Below, in pieces: positions 60,430 through 64,000 of a stretch of 64,000 nt of DNA; positions within the stretch are counted from its first letter, which is position 1; every line of letters begins with the position of its first letter. The notes beneath the pieces are model-generated. The model saw only the letters and a program-made list of their open reading frames with translations. It searched no databases and was not told the DNA's origin. The position numbers and the translations under genes are program-made. This DNA is from a virus: IMG/VR virus record IMGVR_UViG_3300013939_000001, positions 1 through 64,000 of that record. One strand, written 5' to 3'.

Positions 60430-61590
60430 TTAAACCTTGACCTTGATTTGGAGGTTGTCCAGCGTCGGTCCCTGCAGCACTGCCATGTCCGAGGTGAGGG
60501 ATGGCATGTACTTGGTCAGCAGAGCATCAGCGACAGTCGTACCGAACGAGACGGTACCCGGCTGGATCTCCGAACTGCCCGTAACGATCGTGGTCGCCAT
60601 CGGGCGAGATGCGCCGACGTCACGGGATCCACGTGCGACCACCTGGAGGCCGTTGAGGATTGAACCCTGGTGCAGGTTCAGGTCAAACATTGCGTTGACG
60701 GTGGCTTCACCCAAGGGCGACTGGATGTAGCTGGCATCGCTACCATCGGTCAGAGCCGTGGTCACATCTGCCGCACCGGTCAGATCCCAACTGGCAGCAT
60801 CGGCGGCCACGGCGGTCTTGTACAGAACCGATTGCGGTCCCAGACGGTCATTGTACGGCGGCTCACCTTCGTGGTTGACCACGTAGATGTCGCCGATCGC
60901 CATGTACATCGGGAACGGATTGGAGCCGTGGTCCGGATAACCCACTTCGATGCCAACCGTGGCACCAGACAGCGCCAGACCGCCCAGGGAGCGATCCCAG
61001 GTGTAGATCAGCTGTTCGTCGATGTAGACCCTGGCCGACACCGGGTTGGACGAAGCGGGATTCTCGGGGGCGTCGTAGAACAGCTCGACCTCGATGTAAT
61101 ACTCGCGGTTGCGTTCGACGTCCATCAGCTCCGTACCGATGGCGAGCTTACCGTCATTACGACGGTTGATCAGGCCCATACGGCTGGTGTTACGCCAGGC
61201 CGAGACCATAGCGTAACCCAAGGTAGGCTCCTGCCCGGTCAGATCCTTGTAGGTGAAGCCAGCGATCACACGCCAGCTACGATTGGTGTTGGCATTGAAG
61301 TTCTCCACCAGCATCATACGTGCACCAGCGGTGATGTTCAGCACCGGAGTGTTGCGGAAGATGATGATCGGATTGCGCTTCTCACCAGCCTTACCGATCT
61401 GGTGCTGCGGCAGCCCCGTGACGCCGATGGCGTTCTGCGCCGGGAGCTTGGAATACAGGTAAGTGGTCAGTGCGGCATTGCGGGTACCGACCAGTCCCAC
61501 GCCGTTCGCAGGTGCCGTCGCAGCTACGCCGTCAGCGCCCTGCACGCCCGAGCCAACCCCGTCAAACGAGTAGAAAGCTTGCAGTGACAT
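60430..61590 (-). CDS. beta-rich virion-module paralogue C (386 aa)
   Basis: Shares the family core IGVTGLPQHQIGKAGEKRNPIIIFRN and REYYIEVELFYD..RVYIDEQLIY with the A and B types. Confidence 0.8.
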   Translation of the reverse strand: MSLQAFYSFDGVGSGVQGADGVAATAPANGVGLVGTRNAALTTYLYSKLPAQNAIGVTGLPQHQIGKAGEKRNPIIIFRNTPVLNITAGARMMLVENFNANTNRSWRVIAGFTYKDLTGQEPTLGYAMVSAWRNTSRMGLINRRNDGKLAIGTELMDVERNREYYIEVELFYDAPENPASSNPVSARVYIDEQLIYTWDRSLGGLALSGATVGIEVGYPDHGSNPFPMYMAIGDIYVVNHEGEPPYNDRLGPQSVLYKTAVAADAASWDLTGAADVTTALTDGSDASYIQSPLGEATVNAMFDLNLHQGSILNGLQVVARGSRDVGASRPMATTIVTGSSEIQPGTVSFGTTVADALLTKYMPSLTSDMAVLQGPTLDNLQIKVKV

Positions 61591-61666
61591 GGGGGATTTT
61601 CCTCAGTTATTAGAAAAAGTATCGACATAGTATGGGGGTCTCCCCACCCGTCCCTGGAGCAAGTTA

Positions 61667-62188
61667 ATGAGCGATTTGACCAAACCCTTCAAGACACTTC
61701 TCGTTGAGATGATCAACGAAGTGAACCCGGACGGTACCCAGATCAAGGCCGCAGATTTCACCGTCGGCGCGCCGTCGGCATCGTCCGCCCAGCCCGGCAA
61801 GAACACCGCGCTGGTGGTCACCGGTGAGCAGACCGCTGGCTACACGGGTACCCAAACCATCTACTACAACCGCCTGGATATCGGTTCGGACATCGGCGCC
61901 ACTGGCGACCGCATCTTCGACGCCGAAGGCAAGACCAAGGTCTCCCACGTCATCACCGAGTTCAACGCTCGGTTCAAGACGAACCTGGTCGCCGGCAAGG
62001 ATTACACCGAAGCCGACCTGCCGACCTTCGCCGGCAACCCCGGTGAGCAGCATGACGTCATCGTCACGATGCTGGCCGGCTCGGAGATGTTCATCAACTC
62101 GGTCACCCTGACCGTGAAGATCGCTACCCGCGACATCGCCGAAGTGATCGTGAACAACAACCTGAACGGCCTGACCTACGAGCCGTAA
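61667..62188 (+). CDS. virion-module protein, N-domain family member 4 (173 aa)
   Basis: GGAG 8 nt before ATG; paralogue of 51957..52460; divergent from the minus-strand block. Confidence 0.8.
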   Translation: MSDLTKPFKTLLVEMINEVNPDGTQIKAADFTVGAPSASSAQPGKNTALVVTGEQTAGYTGTQTIYYNRLDIGSDIGATGDRIFDAEGKTKVSHVITEFNARFKTNLVAGKDYTEADLPTFAGNPGEQHDVIVTMLAGSEMFINSVTLTVKIATRDIAEVIVNNNLNGLTYEP

Positions 62189-62196
62189 CGGAACAG

Positions 62197-62230
62197 CTAC
62201 AGCCTCTCTCCTTAGTGGGGGAGGCTGTAG
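62197..62230 (+). terminator. rho-independent terminator + TTTTTATGCCG
   Basis: Stem CTACAGCCTC/GAGGCTGTAG, then TTTTTATGCCG; 9 nt after stop of 61667..62188. Confidence 0.8.
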
Positions 62231-62331
62231 TTTTTATGCCGTATTCTATGATGTAACTCTAGTATTCAAGCCCTGAGTGACTTAGTCACTGAGGTCAATT
62301 CAATTTCGGATAAAGTGTCAAAAGGGACAAA

Positions 62332-63558
62332 ATGAAAGGCATCCAAAACGCGCTGAATCATCTCGATGAAAGCGCCGATCAACAGTCACTGGAGCAGATG
62401 GTCGATGCCGGTTTGGCACTGGCCACCGTTGGTCTGGAGGAGTATCACCAGATCCAGAAGGACGTCTCCCGTGTCATGGAACTGGCTGCCGCGTGCGAAG
62501 CGCTGGAGCAGTCGGGTCAGTTCAACCGTGCCGCTGCTGTGGTGCTGATGTCCAGCCTGGAAGCCCTGGGTCACGACTTCGGCGACGTGGCCGCAATGGA
62601 ATCCCTGGATGACACCGCTCTGGCGAATCTGGGCATGGAAGGTCTGGGCGATGTTCTGCGTAAGGTCGGTAACCGACTGCGCGAATGGTGGCAGCGTCGC
62701 CGCTACGCTACCGAAGAACAGACCGGTAACCTGCGCAAGCTCGGCGAGAAGGCCGCCAAGGAAATCGCCGCCACCCGCAACAAGCTGGAAGAAGTCGGTT
62801 CGGAACGCCGCACCTTCTCGATCAGCTCGATCGCCAATCCGCTGCGCCTGGGCGATGGTCAGCCCGATGCGAACGCCGTGGCGTCCTGGGTGTCCGACCT
62901 GGTTGCCACCACCCGCAAGACCCTGAGCGTCGGTCAGCAGCTGACCAAGGCTGCCGAAAGCCTGGCGCAGACCATCGACCTGTCTTCGGACGCCGCCTAC
63001 GAGAAGACGGCCGTCAAGAAGTTCCCGTCGATCATGAACCTGTGGCTGAAGGCTCCGCCGTCCAAGGGAATGGCCGAAGGCGTTTCCGTGTCCATCGGCA
63101 CGCTCGCCGACGCCGACAAGAAGACCATCCTGGCCGGCGATGGCTACAAAGTCAAGGGTCGCTTCGGTGCGATCGTGTGGGCTCGTGAGGGCAAGAAGCC
63201 GAACAAGGGTCCGGAACAGCACGCCACCAAGGCCGACGCTCTGAAGTGGCTGGACGCTGCCGAGAAGTTCTTCGAAGAACTCAGCAAGGGCAACCTCATC
63301 AAGCTGTCCAACGTGGCCTACGATGAGTACTACAACAGCCAGGTCAACCTGTACCTGATCGAAGCCGGCGAAGGTCGAGAGACCCGTCTGGTCCACAACC
63401 TGGAAAAGCGCAAGCTGCGCGTGGGTGATCTGCAGGCCCTGACCGTGCCGGGCTGGTCCTACTTCGAGGAAGGTGTGTTCTACTCGTGGTGGTCCGGCGC
63501 TGCTGGCGCTCGTGCGCTGATCACTGCCGCTCGCCGCGTTGCGGTGGAAGGCAAGTAA
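62332..63558 (+). CDS. hypothetical alpha-helical Ala/Glu/Lys-rich protein (408 aa), possibly virion-associated
   Basis: ORF track; the antisense 397-aa ORF is a compositional shadow. Confidence 0.75.
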   Translation: MKGIQNALNHLDESADQQSLEQMVDAGLALATVGLEEYHQIQKDVSRVMELAAACEALEQSGQFNRAAAVVLMSSLEALGHDFGDVAAMESLDDTALANLGMEGLGDVLRKVGNRLREWWQRRRYATEEQTGNLRKLGEKAAKEIAATRNKLEEVGSERRTFSISSIANPLRLGDGQPDANAVASWVSDLVATTRKTLSVGQQLTKAAESLAQTIDLSSDAAYEKTAVKKFPSIMNLWLKAPPSKGMAEGVSVSIGTLADADKKTILAGDGYKVKGRFGAIVWAREGKKPNKGPEQHATKADALKWLDAAEKFFEELSKGNLIKLSNVAYDEYYNSQVNLYLIEAGEGRETRLVHNLEKRKLRVGDLQALTVPGWSYFEEGVFYSWWSGAAGARALITAARRVAVEGK

Positions 63559-63565
63559 TACACTG

Positions 63566-63589
63566 GCCCCTGCTCGCAAGAGCAGGGGC
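63566..63589 (+). terminator. rho-independent-like terminator
   Basis: Stem GCCCCTGCTC/GAGCAGGGGC, loop GCAA, tail TTTGTGCTGCC, then CCTATGAT. Confidence 0.7.
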
Positions 63590-63631
63590 TTTGTGCTGCC
63601 ATCCTATGATCTCGCTTACTGTGCCCTGCCC

Positions 63632-64000
63632 ATGAACACTTTTTTGAAACGGACCTTCGGCATTATCTTTGCTGAAGAGACTCAAGGGTACATCACCCTC
63701 AACAGCGTCAATGCCAATGCGTTGCGCGCTGATTTGATGTCGGCCTGGTCTACCAGCCGCATCGAGAACTACATGTTCACGGAGATGAAGTCGAACCGCC
63801 TCAAGTTCGCCTCGTTCTTCGCACCGGATGTTCATTTCATCCTCCAGACCCTGATAGATCGTCAGCGTAAGGTGCATGTCAACAAGCGCCATCTGACCGA
63901 TGCAATCAAGGCGTTGGAAGAGAACACATGGTTGAGCTCGATCAATGCTCCCACGGTGTCCAAGTTCAACCGGGCGCGTTTGCAGAAGTTCTACAAGACG
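63632..64000 (+). CDS. hypothetical protein, N-terminal 123 aa only (runs off right edge)
   Basis: ATG 63632; frame open to the end of the window (MNTFLKRTFGIIFAEETQGYITLNSV...); not in ORF track because no stop lies inside the window. Confidence 0.6.
   Translation, partial: MNTFLKRTFGIIFAEETQGYITLNSVNANALRADLMSAWSTSRIENYMFTEMKSNRLKFASFFAPDVHFILQTLIDRQRKVHVNKRHLTDAIKALEENTWLSSINAPTVSKFNRARLQKFYKT

Noticed and set aside
62386-63579. 397-aa minus-strand ORF opposite the 408-aa plus-strand gene.
   Set aside because: It has the same shadow-ORF composition (Gly/Arg/Leu/Val/Gln runs). The plus-strand frame has an A/T-rich leader, sits between two plus-orientation terminators, and has a coherent helical protein sequence.
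1-64000. CRISPR arrays, rRNA, integrase/transposase/IS elements and att-like prophage borders.
   Set aside because: I saw no regularly spaced direct repeats, no recombinase or transposase motifs, and no flanking host genes. Gene content and packing are those of a lytic phage interior.

Overview
This window is a densely packed segment of a large, virulent-type dsDNA phage genome (jumbo-phage-like, roughly 58-60% G+C by eye). I recognised no integrase, rRNA, tRNA, CRISPR array or host housekeeping gene. Positions 1-51869 hold about 88 minus-strand genes in an almost unbroken array. Many are joined by ATGA/TGATG overlaps or by a conserved GGAGTAAACTCRTG junction. The array is interrupted by one plus-strand gene (47494-47769), which sits next to a ~650-nt ORF-poor, lower-GC region. 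Recognisable functions: PhoH-like ATPase, thioredoxin, RecJ exonuclease, dCTP deaminase with two N-terminal insertions, MazG-like NTP pyrophosphatase, ParB/Srx-like domain protein, SleB/CwlJ-type cell-wall hydrolase lipoprotein, an orphan HigA-type antitoxin and two XRE-type HTH proteins. The more unusual calls are two type IV (pre)pilin-like genes, two HslV/proteasome-beta-like Ntn hydrolases, two tandem classic-clade AAA+ ATPases with an SspB-like adaptor gene upstream, a DnaB/RadA-fold protein with a dead P-loop, an ImmA/IrrE-like protein lacking HEXXH, and an embedded Rz/Rz1 spanin pair. Positions 51957-64000 are a virion-type module. It contains a segmentally duplicated (B-A-small)x2 + C block of beta-rich paralogues on the minus strand, flanked in inverted orientation by members of a second four-member family. 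About two thirds of the ORFs have no recognisable function. Non-coding signals include more than 20 GC-rich terminator-like hairpins, about half followed at once by a TATG-centred element (consensus TTTATGCCG). There is also a second ~30-nt intergenic motif (..TT..A...ACATA..A), three sigma70-like promoters, and one promoter-to-terminator unit without a credible ORF (candidate ncRNA). All functional calls rest on motif recognition by eye and on sequences recalled from memory. None has been verified by a database search.
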